This document shows, piece by piece, positions 33,090 through 42,617 of a DNA stretch of 64,000 bases. Each line of letters opens with the position of its first letter. Position 1 is the first letter of the stretch. Below the pieces are notes generated by a model. That model ran no database searches and had not been told where the DNA came from. It saw only the letters and a list, made by a program, of their open reading frames with translations. The stretch spans positions 4,096,001-4,160,000 of the forward strand of contig OY969474.1 of NCBI GenBank assembly GCA_963700145.1, written 5' to 3'. The DNA is from an uncultured Acidobacteriota bacterium (GTDB lineage Bacteria > Acidobacteriota > Thermoanaerobaculia > Multivoradales > UBA5704). The position numbers were made by a program, and so were the translations under genes.

Positions 33090-34139
33090 TCAGCGGCGCG
33101 CCGCCGTCTCCTCTTCCTTCTTTTCCTTCTTTTCCTTCGCCTTCTCCTCGCGCAGCATGTGCGCCGCCTCGGAGTGCTCGAAGTCGCCCACCGTCTGCTC
33201 GGTCGGGTCGGGGATCGACTCGGGCGGCGCCGGCCGGGCGAGCGAGACGAGGACCGAGACCAGCAGGATCCCCAGCACCACGCCGAGCGACAGCAGGTTC
33301 GGGATCTCGAGCCAGTCGTGGATCACCATCTTGACGCCGATGAACATCAGCACCAGTCCGAGGCCGTAGGAGAGGTAGCGGAACTTGTGCATCAGCCCGG
33401 CGAGCAGGAAGTAGAGGGCGCGCAGGCCGAGGATGGCGAAGATGTTCGAGGTGAAGACGATGAAGGGGTCGCGGGTGACGCCGAAGACGGCGGGGATCGA
33501 GTCGACGGCGAAGACCACGTCGGTGGCCTCGACGACGATCAGCACCAGCATCAGCGGCGTGGCGAAGAGCTTCCCCCCCTCGCGCACGAAGAAGTCCTTG
33601 CCGGAGTAGTGCGAGGTCAGCGGCACGAAGCGCTGGAAGAGCTTGACCGCGGGGTTCTTCTCCGGGTGGACCTCGGTCTCGTGCCCGCGCAGCACCTTCC
33701 AGCCCGTCCAGACGAGGAAGACGCCGAAGACCAGGATGATCCACTCGAAGCGCTCGAGGAGAGCGACGCCCAAGGCGATGAAGATGCCGCGGGAGATGAG
33801 CGCCCCGAGGATGCCCCAGAAGAGGACGCGGTGCTGGAACTCCGCCGGCACCGCGAAGTAGTTGAAGATGACGATGAAGACGAAGATGTTGTCGAAGGAG
33901 AGCGAGCGCTCGATGACGTAGCCGAGCAGGAACTCGAGCCCCGGCGTGCCGCCGTACTCGAAGTAGATCCAGCCGTTGAAGACGAAGGCGAGGAGGGTCC
34001 AGACGATGCTCCAGAAGACCGCCTCGCGCAAGCCGATGCGGTGGCTCTTGCGGTGGAAGACGCCCAGGTCGAGCGCCAGCATGACGAAGACGAACCCCAG
34101 GAAGAGGAACCACTGCAGAGGGGAGCCGAGGTCGCGCAT
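33090..34139 (-). CDS. TerC/Alx family membrane protein
   Basis: ERSLSFDNIFVF, QHRVLFWG, DVVFAVDSIPA, SNIFAILGLRALYF. Confidence 0.93.
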   Translation of the reverse strand: MRDLGSPLQWFLFLGFVFVMLALDLGVFHRKSHRIGLREAVFWSIVWTLLAFVFNGWIYFEYGGTPGLEFLLGYVIERSLSFDNIFVFIVIFNYFAVPAEFQHRVLFWGILGALISRGIFIALGVALLERFEWIILVFGVFLVWTGWKVLRGHETEVHPEKNPAVKLFQRFVPLTSHYSGKDFFVREGGKLFATPLMLVLIVVEATDVVFAVDSIPAVFGVTRDPFIVFTSNIFAILGLRALYFLLAGLMHKFRYLSYGLGLVLMFIGVKMVIHDWLEIPNLLSLGVVLGILLVSVLVSLARPAPPESIPDPTEQTVGDFEHSEAAHMLREEKAKEKKEKKEEETAARR

Positions 34140-34222
34140 GGAGGAAGGAAGACGGTCCGCGCCGGCCGCCGCCGGCGGCGCGGCGCGGAGTCTAGCAGGG
34201 GGTCTGTTGCTCTACGGCTGGA

Positions 34223-34501
34223 TCAGCTCTGCTTCAGGTGGTTGTTCACCAGGCGGGTCATCTCGAACATGCTGACCGTGTCCTTGCCGCCGAAGATGGG
34301 ACGCAGCTTGTCGTCGGCGCGGATCATCTGCTTGTTCGCCGGGTCCTGGAGGTTGTTCTTCTTGATGTAGTCCCAGATCTTCTTGGTCACCTCGGTGCGC
34401 GGCAGCGGCTCGCTGCCCACCACGGCGGCGAGCGCGTCGTCCGGCTGCAGCGGCTTCATGAACTGCGGGTTGCTCCTCCCCTGCGGTTTCTTGTTCGCCA
34501 T
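34223..34501 (-). CDS. Stand-alone SWIB/MDM2 domain protein
   Basis: FMKPL.P...LAAVVG..PLPRTEVTKKIWDYIKKNNLQD; AGGAG RBS. Confidence 0.93.
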   Translation of the reverse strand: MANKKPQGRSNPQFMKPLQPDDALAAVVGSEPLPRTEVTKKIWDYIKKNNLQDPANKQMIRADDKLRPIFGGKDTVSMFEMTRLVNNHLKQS

Positions 34502-34630
34502 GAGTCCTCCTGTCCTCCAAGGTAGCGGTCTGGCTGCGTTGGGGACGCGCGGTCCGCGCGCGCCATCCCGAGAAGATGCAATTTCCCGGCCCGTCCGGGA
34601 GCCGATGAGGCCAATGTTATCGTCTTCGCG

Positions 34631-35272
34631 ATGCCGCCGCTCTTCGTCACCTTCGAGGGCATCGACGGCAGCGGCAAATCGACCCACCTCAAGCGCGCCG
34701 CGGCGCGTCTGGAGTCCCTCGGGGTGCCCCTCCGCGTCACCCACGAGCCCGGCGGCACGCCGCTCGGCGACGCGGTGCGCCGCGTCTTCCTCGACCCGCG
34801 GCTCGGTACGGTCGACGGCCGGGTCGAGCTGCTGCTGGTCTTCGCCTGCCGCCGCCAGCACCTCGAGGAGGTGATCGAGCCGGCCCTCGCCGCCGGCCGC
34901 CACGTCCTCTGCGATCGTTTCACCGACTCGACGCGAGCCTACCAGGGCTACGGCCGCGGCGTGCCGCTGCCGCTGATCGACGAGGTGGACCGCCTGGCCA
35001 CCGGCGGCCGCGTCCCCGACCGCACCCTCCTCTTCGACCTCGACCCCGAGGCGGCGCAGGCGCGCGGCCAAGCGCCGGGACGGAGCGGCGGCGTCGATCG
35101 GCTCGACGGCGAGGCGCTCGATTTCTACCGCCGCGTACGGGAAGGGTATCGCGAAATCGCCGCCCGCGAGCCGGGGCGGTTCCGGGTCATCGACTCGGCG
35201 CGCGAAACGGCGGCGACGGCGGCCGCGGTGGACGCGGCGCTCGCCGAGCTGCTGGCGGGGAAGGGGACGTGA
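34631..35272 (+). CDS. tmk: Thymidylate kinase
   Basis: FEGIDGSGKST, EPGGT, DRF.DS..AYQG. Confidence 0.96.
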   Translation: MPPLFVTFEGIDGSGKSTHLKRAAARLESLGVPLRVTHEPGGTPLGDAVRRVFLDPRLGTVDGRVELLLVFACRRQHLEEVIEPALAAGRHVLCDRFTDSTRAYQGYGRGVPLPLIDEVDRLATGGRVPDRTLLFDLDPEAAQARGQAPGRSGGVDRLDGEALDFYRRVREGYREIAAREPGRFRVIDSARETAATAAAVDAALAELLAGKGT

Positions 35273-36090
35273 TCCCGGCGCAGGTCCTCGAGTCGGCGCG
35301 CGCCGGCCGCCTCTACCCGGCGGTCATCCTGCACGGCGGCGAGGAGACGGCGCGCCGGGAGGCGGCGATCGAGCTGGCGCGCGCTCTCCTCTGCACGGCC
35401 GAGCCCGCGCTGCGCCCGTGCGGCGCCTGCCGCCACTGCCGGCGGATCGCCTGGCCCGGCGGCGCCGACGCCCCGTTCCATCCCGACGTGCAGGTGCTGG
35501 AGCGCGACCTCAAGACCGCGACCTCGGTCGACGCCACCAAGGAGCTGCTCCGGACCGCGCAGCTCTCGCCCTTCGAGGGGCGCGGCCAGGTCTTCGTCCT
35601 GGCGAGCGCCGAGAGCCTGACCGGCGAGGCCGCCAACGCCCTGCTCAAGATGCTCGAGGAGCCGCCGGCGAGCGCGCCGCGCCACTTCCTCCTCCTGGCG
35701 CCGTCGCGTCTCGACCTGCTGCCGACGTTGCGCAGCCGGTCGCTGTCGGTCTTCCTGGGCGGTGCCGAGGCGGCCGACGCGGCAGCGGTCGCCGGCGCGG
35801 CGCGCGCCTTCGCGGCGGCGGTCGCGGCATGGACCGCGAGCGGCGCGCCGGTCTACCTGCTGGCCGCGGCCGAGGCCCTCCTCGGCGACCCCAAGGCCTG
35901 GGAAGATCCGCGCGCCGGCCGCCCCTGGGCCAACGCCGCCGCCGCGGTCCTCGCCGCGGCCGAGGAGGCGGGGGAGCGCCGCCGGCTCCTGGCCCTCGCC
36001 GAGGCGCTCCTCGAAGCCGCCCCCTGGCGCCTCCGCGGCATCCCGCCGGAGCGCATTCTCGAGGGGCTCGTGGCGCGCCATCTGGGCTGA
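35269..36090 (+). CDS. holB: DNA polymerase III delta' subunit-like
   Basis: C..PCG.C..C zinc motif, HPDV, AANALLK.LEEPP, LLPTLRSR; follows tmk. Confidence 0.85.
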   Translation: MIPAQVLESARAGRLYPAVILHGGEETARREAAIELARALLCTAEPALRPCGACRHCRRIAWPGGADAPFHPDVQVLERDLKTATSVDATKELLRTAQLSPFEGRGQVFVLASAESLTGEAANALLKMLEEPPASAPRHFLLLAPSRLDLLPTLRSRSLSVFLGGAEAADAAAVAGAARAFAAAVAAWTASGAPVYLLAAAEALLGDPKAWEDPRAGRPWANAAAAVLAAAEEAGERRRLLALAEALLEAAPWRLRGIPPERILEGLVARHLG

Positions 36091-36186
36091 GCCCCGCCTC
36101 GCGGATGTGCTAAACTCCGCGTTCCGTTTTCGCCGCCCGCACGGGTGCCGCACCGATCCCACTGATAGGACGCAAGGAGTTCGACG

Positions 36187-37302
36187 ATGAGCGTATTCGA
36201 CCGTACCCCCCGCGCCGCGCGGCTGGCCGCCGCCCTGACGGCCCTGCTCGCGCTGGGCGCCTGGCTTCCCGCCTGCGCGGCGGCGGAGCCGCAGCAGGCT
36301 GCCGGCGCCGCCGAGGAGGCTAGCGACCCCAACCGGGTGCTCGCGACCATCGACGGCCAGCCGGTGACCGAGGCCCAGGTTCGCCAGGAGGCGGCCGACA
36401 ACTTCAAGATGCTGGAGAACCAGCTCGCGCAATGCCAGGCCCAGTACGAGAAGGGCAAGCACGAGGTCCTCGAGTCGAGCCTCGAGCAGGTCATCCAGAA
36501 CCGGATGATCGACGCGGCGGCCAAGGCCAAGGGGGTGTCCAAGGAGGACTACCTCAAGACCGAGGGGGCGGTGGTCGAGGTGACCGACGCCGACGCCGAC
36601 AAGTTCTACGAGGAGAACAAGGCCCGCATCCCCCGGCCGAAGGACGCGCAGCTCGTCGGGCAGATCAAGCAGTATCTGACCGCGCAGCGCCAGCAGGAGG
36701 CGCGCGAGAAGCTGCTCGCCCAGCTCGCCTCCCAGCACGAGGTCAGCTACAAGATCGAGCCGCGGCGCGTCGAGGTGACGGCGGTCGGTCCGGCCAAGGG
36801 GCCGGAGTCGGCGCCGGTGACGATCGTCGAGTTCTCCGATTTCGACTGCCCCTACTGCGCGCGCCTGGCGCCGACGCTCGACCAGGTGGTCGCCAAGTAC
36901 GGCGACAAGGTGCGCCTGGTGTTCCGCCAGTTCCCGCTCGACATGCACCCCAACGCCCGCAAGGCCGCCGAAGCGGCGCTCTGCGCCAACGACCAGGGCA
37001 AGTTCTGGCAGATGCACGACGCCATGTTCCAGAACACGGGGAAGAACGCGGTCGACACCCTCAAGGCCAAGGCCGCCGAGCTGGGGCTCAACGGCGAGAC
37101 GTTCAACGCCTGCCTCGACTCCGGCAAGCACGGCGAGCAGGTGACCACCGACCTGCAGGCCGGCTCGCAGGCCGGCGTCTCCGGCACCCCGGCTCTCTTC
37201 GTCAACGGTCGCTTCATCAACGGCGCGGTGCCGTTCGAGGAGATCGCCAAGGTCATCGACGACGAGCTCAAGCGCAAGGGCGTCAACACCGCCTCGAAGT
37301 AG
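36187..37302 (+). CDS. DsbA/thioredoxin-fold protein with SurA-N-like domain
   Basis: Signal peptide, EFSDFDCPYC, GTPALFVNG. Confidence 0.92.
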   Translation: MSVFDRTPRAARLAAALTALLALGAWLPACAAAEPQQAAGAAEEASDPNRVLATIDGQPVTEAQVRQEAADNFKMLENQLAQCQAQYEKGKHEVLESSLEQVIQNRMIDAAAKAKGVSKEDYLKTEGAVVEVTDADADKFYEENKARIPRPKDAQLVGQIKQYLTAQRQQEAREKLLAQLASQHEVSYKIEPRRVEVTAVGPAKGPESAPVTIVEFSDFDCPYCARLAPTLDQVVAKYGDKVRLVFRQFPLDMHPNARKAAEAALCANDQGKFWQMHDAMFQNTGKNAVDTLKAKAAELGLNGETFNACLDSGKHGEQVTTDLQAGSQAGVSGTPALFVNGRFINGAVPFEEIAKVIDDELKRKGVNTASK

Positions 37303-37385
37303 CGCCCGGCCTACGTGCCGGGCGTTTCCCCGGCTGCGAACCCAAGGGGGCCGCCCCGGCGGCCCCTGCTTCCCTCTTCCTCCCC

Positions 37386-38852
37386 TTGCCCGGCGACCTC
37401 CCTCCCGACCAGTTCCGTAGCGCGATGCACCGGGTGGCCGACCTGGCCGCCGACTACCTGCAGCGGGTGGAGGAGTACCCGGTGCTGCCGCGCCTCGAGC
37501 CCGGCGCGGTGGCGGCGGCGCTGCCGGAGTCGCCGCCCGCCGCGGCCGAGCCGCTCGAGCGCGTCCTCGACGACTATCGCCGTCTCATCGAGCCGGCGTG
37601 CACCCACTGGAACCACCCCGGCTTCCTCGCCTACTTCGCGATCACCGGCTCCGGCCCCGGCATCCTCGGCGAGACGCTGGCCGCGGCGCTCAACGTCAAC
37701 GCCATGCTCTGGAAGTCCGGGCCGGCGGCGACCGAGCTCGAGGAGCGGGTCTGCGACTGGTTGCGCCAGATGCTGGGGCTGCCGGCGGGGTTCCACGGCC
37801 ACATCAACGACACCGCCTCGACCAGCACGCTGGTGGCCCTCGCCGCGGCGCGCCACCGCGCGGCCGCCGCGACGGGCGAGCCGCTCGACGTCCGCGGCCG
37901 CGGGCTCGCCGGCCGGCCGGAGGTGCCGCCGCTCGCCGTCTACGCCAGCGACCAGGCGCACTCCTCGGTGGACAAGGCGGTGATCCTCCTCGGGCTCGGG
38001 CACGAGAACCTGCGCCGCGTGCCGGTGGACAACGCGTTCCGCATGGACCCGGCGGCGCTCGCCGCGATGGTGGCGCGCGACCGGGCCGCGGGGCGGCTGC
38101 CGATCGCGGTGGTGGCGACCGCCGGCACCACCTCCTCGACCAGCGTCGATCCGATCGCCGCGGTCGCCGCGGTCTGCCGGCGCGAGGGGCTCTGGCTGCA
38201 CGTCGACGCCGCCTACGCCGGCAGCGCCGCGGTCTGCCCCGAGCTGCGCCCCCTCTTCGCCGGCTGGGAGCGGGCGGACTCGATCGTCGTCAACCCCCAC
38301 AAGTGGCTGTTCACGCCAGTGGATTGCTCGGTGCTCCTGGTACGCGAGCCGGCGGCGCTCAAGGCCGCCTTCTCGCTGGTGCCGGAGTACCTGCGCACGG
38401 AGGAGAGCGGCGTCACCAACCTGATGGACCTCGGACCGCAGCTCGGCCGGCGCTTCCGCGCGCTCAAGCTGTGGATGGTGATCCGCGCCTTCGGGGTGGA
38501 GGGGCTGGCAGAGCGCATCCGCGCGCATTGCGAGCTGGCGCGCCGGTTGGCCGGCTGGATCGCGGCCGAGCCGGGGTGGGAGCTGTCGGCGCCGGTGCCC
38601 TTCTCGACCGTCTGCTTCCGCGCCCTGACCGGCGGCGCGCCGGCGGACGAGGACCGCTTCAACGAGCGGCTCCTCGCCCGCGTCAACGCCGCCGGGCCGG
38701 TCTTCCTCTCGCACACCGCGCTCGCCGGCCGCACCGTGCTGCGCGTCGCCATCGGCAACCTGCGCACCGAGGAGGAGCACGTCGCCACCGCCTGGCGGCT
38801 GCTGCGCGAGGGGGCGGTGGCGCTGCGCGACGAAGCCGGGCCCAGCGCGTGA
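37386..38852 (+). CDS. Group II PLP-dependent (aromatic L-amino acid-type) decarboxylase
   Basis: THWNHP, AHSSV.KA, WLHVDAAYAG, NPHKW, RRFRALKLW; start TTG 37386 or ATG 37425. Confidence 0.92.
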   Translation: MPGDLPPDQFRSAMHRVADLAADYLQRVEEYPVLPRLEPGAVAAALPESPPAAAEPLERVLDDYRRLIEPACTHWNHPGFLAYFAITGSGPGILGETLAAALNVNAMLWKSGPAATELEERVCDWLRQMLGLPAGFHGHINDTASTSTLVALAAARHRAAAATGEPLDVRGRGLAGRPEVPPLAVYASDQAHSSVDKAVILLGLGHENLRRVPVDNAFRMDPAALAAMVARDRAAGRLPIAVVATAGTTSSTSVDPIAAVAAVCRREGLWLHVDAAYAGSAAVCPELRPLFAGWERADSIVVNPHKWLFTPVDCSVLLVREPAALKAAFSLVPEYLRTEESGVTNLMDLGPQLGRRFRALKLWMVIRAFGVEGLAERIRAHCELARRLAGWIAAEPGWELSAPVPFSTVCFRALTGGAPADEDRFNERLLARVNAAGPVFLSHTALAGRTVLRVAIGNLRTEEEHVATAWRLLREGAVALRDEAGPSA

Positions 38853-38896
38853 GCGGCTGCGGCCGGCTGGTGTAGCAATCGTGCTACGCTCTCTTT

Positions 38897-39160
38897 GTGA
38901 AGACCATCGCTCAGCGCGAGCTGCGGAACCGCAGCGGCGAGGTGCTGCGGGAGGTGGAGCGGGGCGAGCAGTTCCTCGTGACCGTCGGCGGCCGACCGGT
39001 GGCGCAGCTCGGGCCCTATCAGCGGCGGCGGTGGGTGCCCAGAGCGGAGGTGGTGGCCCTGCTGCGCGCCGGCGCTCCGGATCCGACCTTCTTCCAGGAC
39101 ATCGCCGAGGTCGGGGGCACCGCGGACCAGCTCGTCGACCCCTGGGAACGGCGCCGGTGA
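38897..39160 (+). CDS. Phd/YefM antitoxin
   Basis: MKTIAQRELRN...VLREVE.GE...VT..GRPVA. Confidence 0.9.
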   Translation: MKTIAQRELRNRSGEVLREVERGEQFLVTVGGRPVAQLGPYQRRRWVPRAEVVALLRAGAPDPTFFQDIAEVGGTADQLVDPWERRR

Positions 39161-39326
39161 GCCGAGGCCTGCTCGACACCTCCGTGCTCATCGACGCCAG
39201 CCCCGCGCACGAATCATGGACCTGTGGATCGCCGCGACCGCGCTCACCCACGGCCTGCCGCTCTACACCCGCAAGCTCGACGATTTCGCGGCGCTCAGCG
39301 AGCTCGTCGAGGTGCGCCCGGTCTGA
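39157..39326 (+). pseudogene. vapC: VapC PIN toxin with internal deletion and frameshift
   Basis: GLLDTSVLID N-terminus joined out of frame to MDLWIAATALTHGLPLYTR C-terminus; only 170 bp. Confidence 0.85.
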
Positions 39327-39402
39327 GCAGCCCGCCAGTCCGCGCCAAGTCGCTTCATAGCGAATCATCTATATTCGTTCACCTCTTTCATGGAGGTGCA
39401 CG

Positions 39403-42400
39403 ATGTCCAAGCCGTATGCCGTCACCGCGCTGGCCTTCGCGGCCATCGTCGTGGCAGGGACCGGAGCGGTCCGCGCGGACCGCCCGGCGCCGTACCAGAT
39501 CCGCCTCCTGGCGGGGAGCTTTACGCCCCCGGCAGGAACTTCCCAGCCGGAGCAGAAGAAGCTCGCCCGTGCCGCCGCGACCGCCGCGGCGCAGGGCCAG
39601 GAGCGCGTCCACGTGCTCCTCCAGCTGCACGCCATCCCGTCCGCCGCGGAGAAGCACGGCCTGCGGCGCGACGGCATCGACCTCGGCGCCTACGTCCCGG
39701 ACCGCGCCTGGATCGCCGCGGTGCCGCCGGGGCTCCTCAACGCCATTTCCCACCGCCCCGACGTCCGCTTCGTCACCGCCTGGGACCCCGCCCGCAAGCT
39801 CCATCCGCGGGTGGCCGCCGGCAGCTGGGCCCCCTGGACCCGCGACCCCGAGCGGCCGGGCCTGGTGATGGCCTTCGTCCTCCTCCACCACGACGTGCCG
39901 CTCGAGGCCGCCGAGGCGGTGGCGGCGGCGGCGGGCGGCGTGGCGATGCCGCCGGTCGCCGGCCTCCACGGCGCGACCGTCTGGCTCCCCGAGACGCGGG
40001 TGGCCGAGCTCGCCGCCCGCGAGGAAGTGCTGTGGATCGAGGAGGGGCCGCCGCCCCTGACCCCGACCAACGACGGCGTCCGCGCCACGATGCGCGTGGA
40101 CCAGGTCAACAACCCGCCCTATAGCCTCGACGGCACCGGCGTCCGCCTCTTCGTCTTCGACGGCGGCACGGCGCGCGCCACCCATGAGACCTTCAACCCC
40201 GGGACCGGCAGTCGGGTGACGCTCCTCGACGCCGAGCCGTCCGCCGACCACCCGACCCACGTCGCCGGCACCGCGGCCGGCGACGGCAGCGGCAGCTCCG
40301 GCGGGCGCGGCCGCGGCGTCGCCCCCGGCGTCTCGATCCTCTCGGCCGGCTACGAGCAGACCCTCGGCACGATGCTCTTCTGGGACAACGCCGGCGACAT
40401 CGAGGACGACTACGATCTCGCCCGCAACACCCACGACGCCGACCTCGGCACCAACTCGATCGGCAGCAACACGGCCTCCAACGGCTACCCCTGCGAGCGC
40501 GAAGGGGACTACGGCGTCTCCGCGGCCCTGCTCGACGGCATCGTGCGCGGCGACAACGCCGCCGTCGGCAGCGCGGTCACGATGACCTGGGCCAACGGCA
40601 ACGAGCGCACCGGCGGCACGCCGCGCGGCCGCTGCGGCTCGAACTTCCACACCACCGCCGAGCCCTCCTGCGCCAAGAACCCGATCCACATCGGCGCCCT
40701 CAACTCCGACGGCTCGTCGATGACCTCCTTCAGCTCCTGGGGGCCGTGCGACGATGGGCGCATGAAGCCGGTGGTCTCGGCCCCCGGCTGCGAGAGCGGA
40801 CGGGTGACCGGCGAGACCGCCGTCTACTCCTCGTTCAACACCTCCAACTCCGCCTACGGCCTGTTCTGCGGCACCTCGATGTCCACCCCCGCGGTCGCCG
40901 GCCTCGTCAGCCTGCTGACCGAGGACTGGCGGACGGAGGGGCACGGCGGGGCGAACGACCGGCCGTTGCCGGCCCTGGTCAAGGCCTGGCTGGTGCACAC
41001 CGCCAAGGAGCTCGGCCACGACGGGCCCGACTACGTCCACGGCTACGGCGGCGTCGACGCGCAGGCGGCGGTGGACCTCCTGCGCGCCGGCACCGGCGCC
41101 CTGGGCGGCGCCGGGCCCGTCGTCTGGGGCACCGACGCGGTCAACGACACCGACGTGGACACCTACTCCTTCGACGTCCCCGCCGGCACCGCCGTGCTCA
41201 AGGCCACTCTGGCCTGGGACGACTTCGCGGCCGCCGCCTTCGCCGCCGTCGCACCGGTCAACGACCTGACCCTCGAGCTGGTGGCCCCGGACTCGACCGT
41301 CCACGAGGCCTGGGTGCTCGACCCGGGCAACCCCGAGCTGCCGGCCACGACCGGCGCCAACGACCTCGACAACCAGGAGCAGGTGCTGGTCGAGAACCCG
41401 GCGGAGGGGACCTGGACGGTGCGGGTGACCGGCACCGCGGTGCCCGAGGACCCGCAGGCCTACGCCCTGGTCTACACGACCGCGGCGGCGGAGTACGACC
41501 CGATCAACTGCGGCACCACGAGCTGGGGCTTCGAGAGCGGCAACGACGGCTGGACCCTGACCGGCGGCGCGGCGCGGGTGGCCGCCCCGGCGGCCGGGCA
41601 CGGCAGCTTCTCGATCCGGCTCGGCAGCACGATCAACTCCACGCACGAGGCGACGCGCGACGTCGCCATCCCCTCCGACGCCAAGAAGGCCGAGCTGACG
41701 TACTTCTGGTACATGACGACCAACGAGGGCAGCTCCGGCTTCGGCTGGGACTCCTTCCGCACCGAGATCCGCACCACCGCCGGGGTCGTCCTCGCGGTCC
41801 TCGACAACCGCAACGACGGCTGGCTGGAGGCGCTCTGGCAGCAGGCCGAGAACCTCGACCTGACGCCGTGGGCGGGGCAGACGGTGCGCATCGCCTTCCG
41901 CGCCGTCAACGACGTCTCGCTCTCCACCAGCTTCTGGGTGGACGACGTCGCGCTCGAGACCTGCACCACCGGCGAGCCCCAGCCGGTGACCGAGACCTTC
42001 ACCTCGGTGAGCACCCACGACGGCTACGTCGTCGAGTCCGGCGAGAACACCAACGTCGGCGGCAGCGCCGACAGCAACGACACCAACGCCAACGCCATCC
42101 GCGTCGGCGACACCAACCAGGACCGGCAGCAGAAGGGGGTCGTCTCCTTCGACACCTCGTCGCTCCCCGACGGCGCGACGATCCAGTCGGCCACCGTGCG
42201 CCTGCGGCGCGGCAGCCTGACGGGCACCAACCCCTTCAGCACCCACGGCAGCTGCCTGGCCGACATCGTCACCGGCGCCTTCGGCGGCTCGACGACGCTC
42301 GCGGCGGGCGACTTCCAGGCCGCGGCCACCGCCACCGGGGTGGCCACGATGACCAATCCCACGGTCAACGGCGCGCTCTCGGAAGGCGCCTTGAACGCTG

Positions 42401-42561
42401 CCGGTCTGGCGGCGATCAACAAGACCGGCACCACCCAGTTCCGCGTCTACTTCACGCTCGACGACAACGACGACACGGGTAACGACTACCTGGGCTTCTA
42501 CTCGGGCGACAACGGCACCGCGAGCAACCGGCCGGTGCTGGAAGTGACGTACCTGCCGTAG
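39403..42561 (+). CDS. Secreted S8 subtilase with C-terminal beta-sandwich domains
   Basis: VFDGG, HPTHVAG, GTSMSTP catalytic triad; signal peptide; GGAGG RBS. Confidence 0.93.
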   Translation: MSKPYAVTALAFAAIVVAGTGAVRADRPAPYQIRLLAGSFTPPAGTSQPEQKKLARAAATAAAQGQERVHVLLQLHAIPSAAEKHGLRRDGIDLGAYVPDRAWIAAVPPGLLNAISHRPDVRFVTAWDPARKLHPRVAAGSWAPWTRDPERPGLVMAFVLLHHDVPLEAAEAVAAAAGGVAMPPVAGLHGATVWLPETRVAELAAREEVLWIEEGPPPLTPTNDGVRATMRVDQVNNPPYSLDGTGVRLFVFDGGTARATHETFNPGTGSRVTLLDAEPSADHPTHVAGTAAGDGSGSSGGRGRGVAPGVSILSAGYEQTLGTMLFWDNAGDIEDDYDLARNTHDADLGTNSIGSNTASNGYPCEREGDYGVSAALLDGIVRGDNAAVGSAVTMTWANGNERTGGTPRGRCGSNFHTTAEPSCAKNPIHIGALNSDGSSMTSFSSWGPCDDGRMKPVVSAPGCESGRVTGETAVYSSFNTSNSAYGLFCGTSMSTPAVAGLVSLLTEDWRTEGHGGANDRPLPALVKAWLVHTAKELGHDGPDYVHGYGGVDAQAAVDLLRAGTGALGGAGPVVWGTDAVNDTDVDTYSFDVPAGTAVLKATLAWDDFAAAAFAAVAPVNDLTLELVAPDSTVHEAWVLDPGNPELPATTGANDLDNQEQVLVENPAEGTWTVRVTGTAVPEDPQAYALVYTTAAAEYDPINCGTTSWGFESGNDGWTLTGGAARVAAPAAGHGSFSIRLGSTINSTHEATRDVAIPSDAKKAELTYFWYMTTNEGSSGFGWDSFRTEIRTTAGVVLAVLDNRNDGWLEALWQQAENLDLTPWAGQTVRIAFRAVNDVSLSTSFWVDDVALETCTTGEPQPVTETFTSVSTHDGYVVESGENTNVGGSADSNDTNANAIRVGDTNQDRQQKGVVSFDTSSLPDGATIQSATVRLRRGSLTGTNPFSTHGSCLADIVTGAFGGSTTLAAGDFQAAATATGVATMTNPTVNGALSEGALNAAGLAAINKTGTTQFRVYFTLDDNDDTGNDYLGFYSGDNGTASNRPVLEVTYLP

Positions 42562-42569
42562 CTGGACCT

Positions 42570-42603
42570 CAGGGGCGCCGCTCTCTCGCGAGCGGCGCCC
42601 CTG
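42570..42603. terminator. Hairpin between convergent genes (likely bidirectional terminator)
   Basis: CAGGGGCGCCGCTC-tctcgc-GAGCGGCGCCCCTG, 14-bp stem. Confidence 0.75.
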
Positions 42604-42617
42604 CGTTTTCCCGCTCC

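Noticed and set aside
34140-34222. yybP-ykoY riboswitch upstream of terC
   Set aside because: Short GC-rich spacer without recognisable conserved motifs
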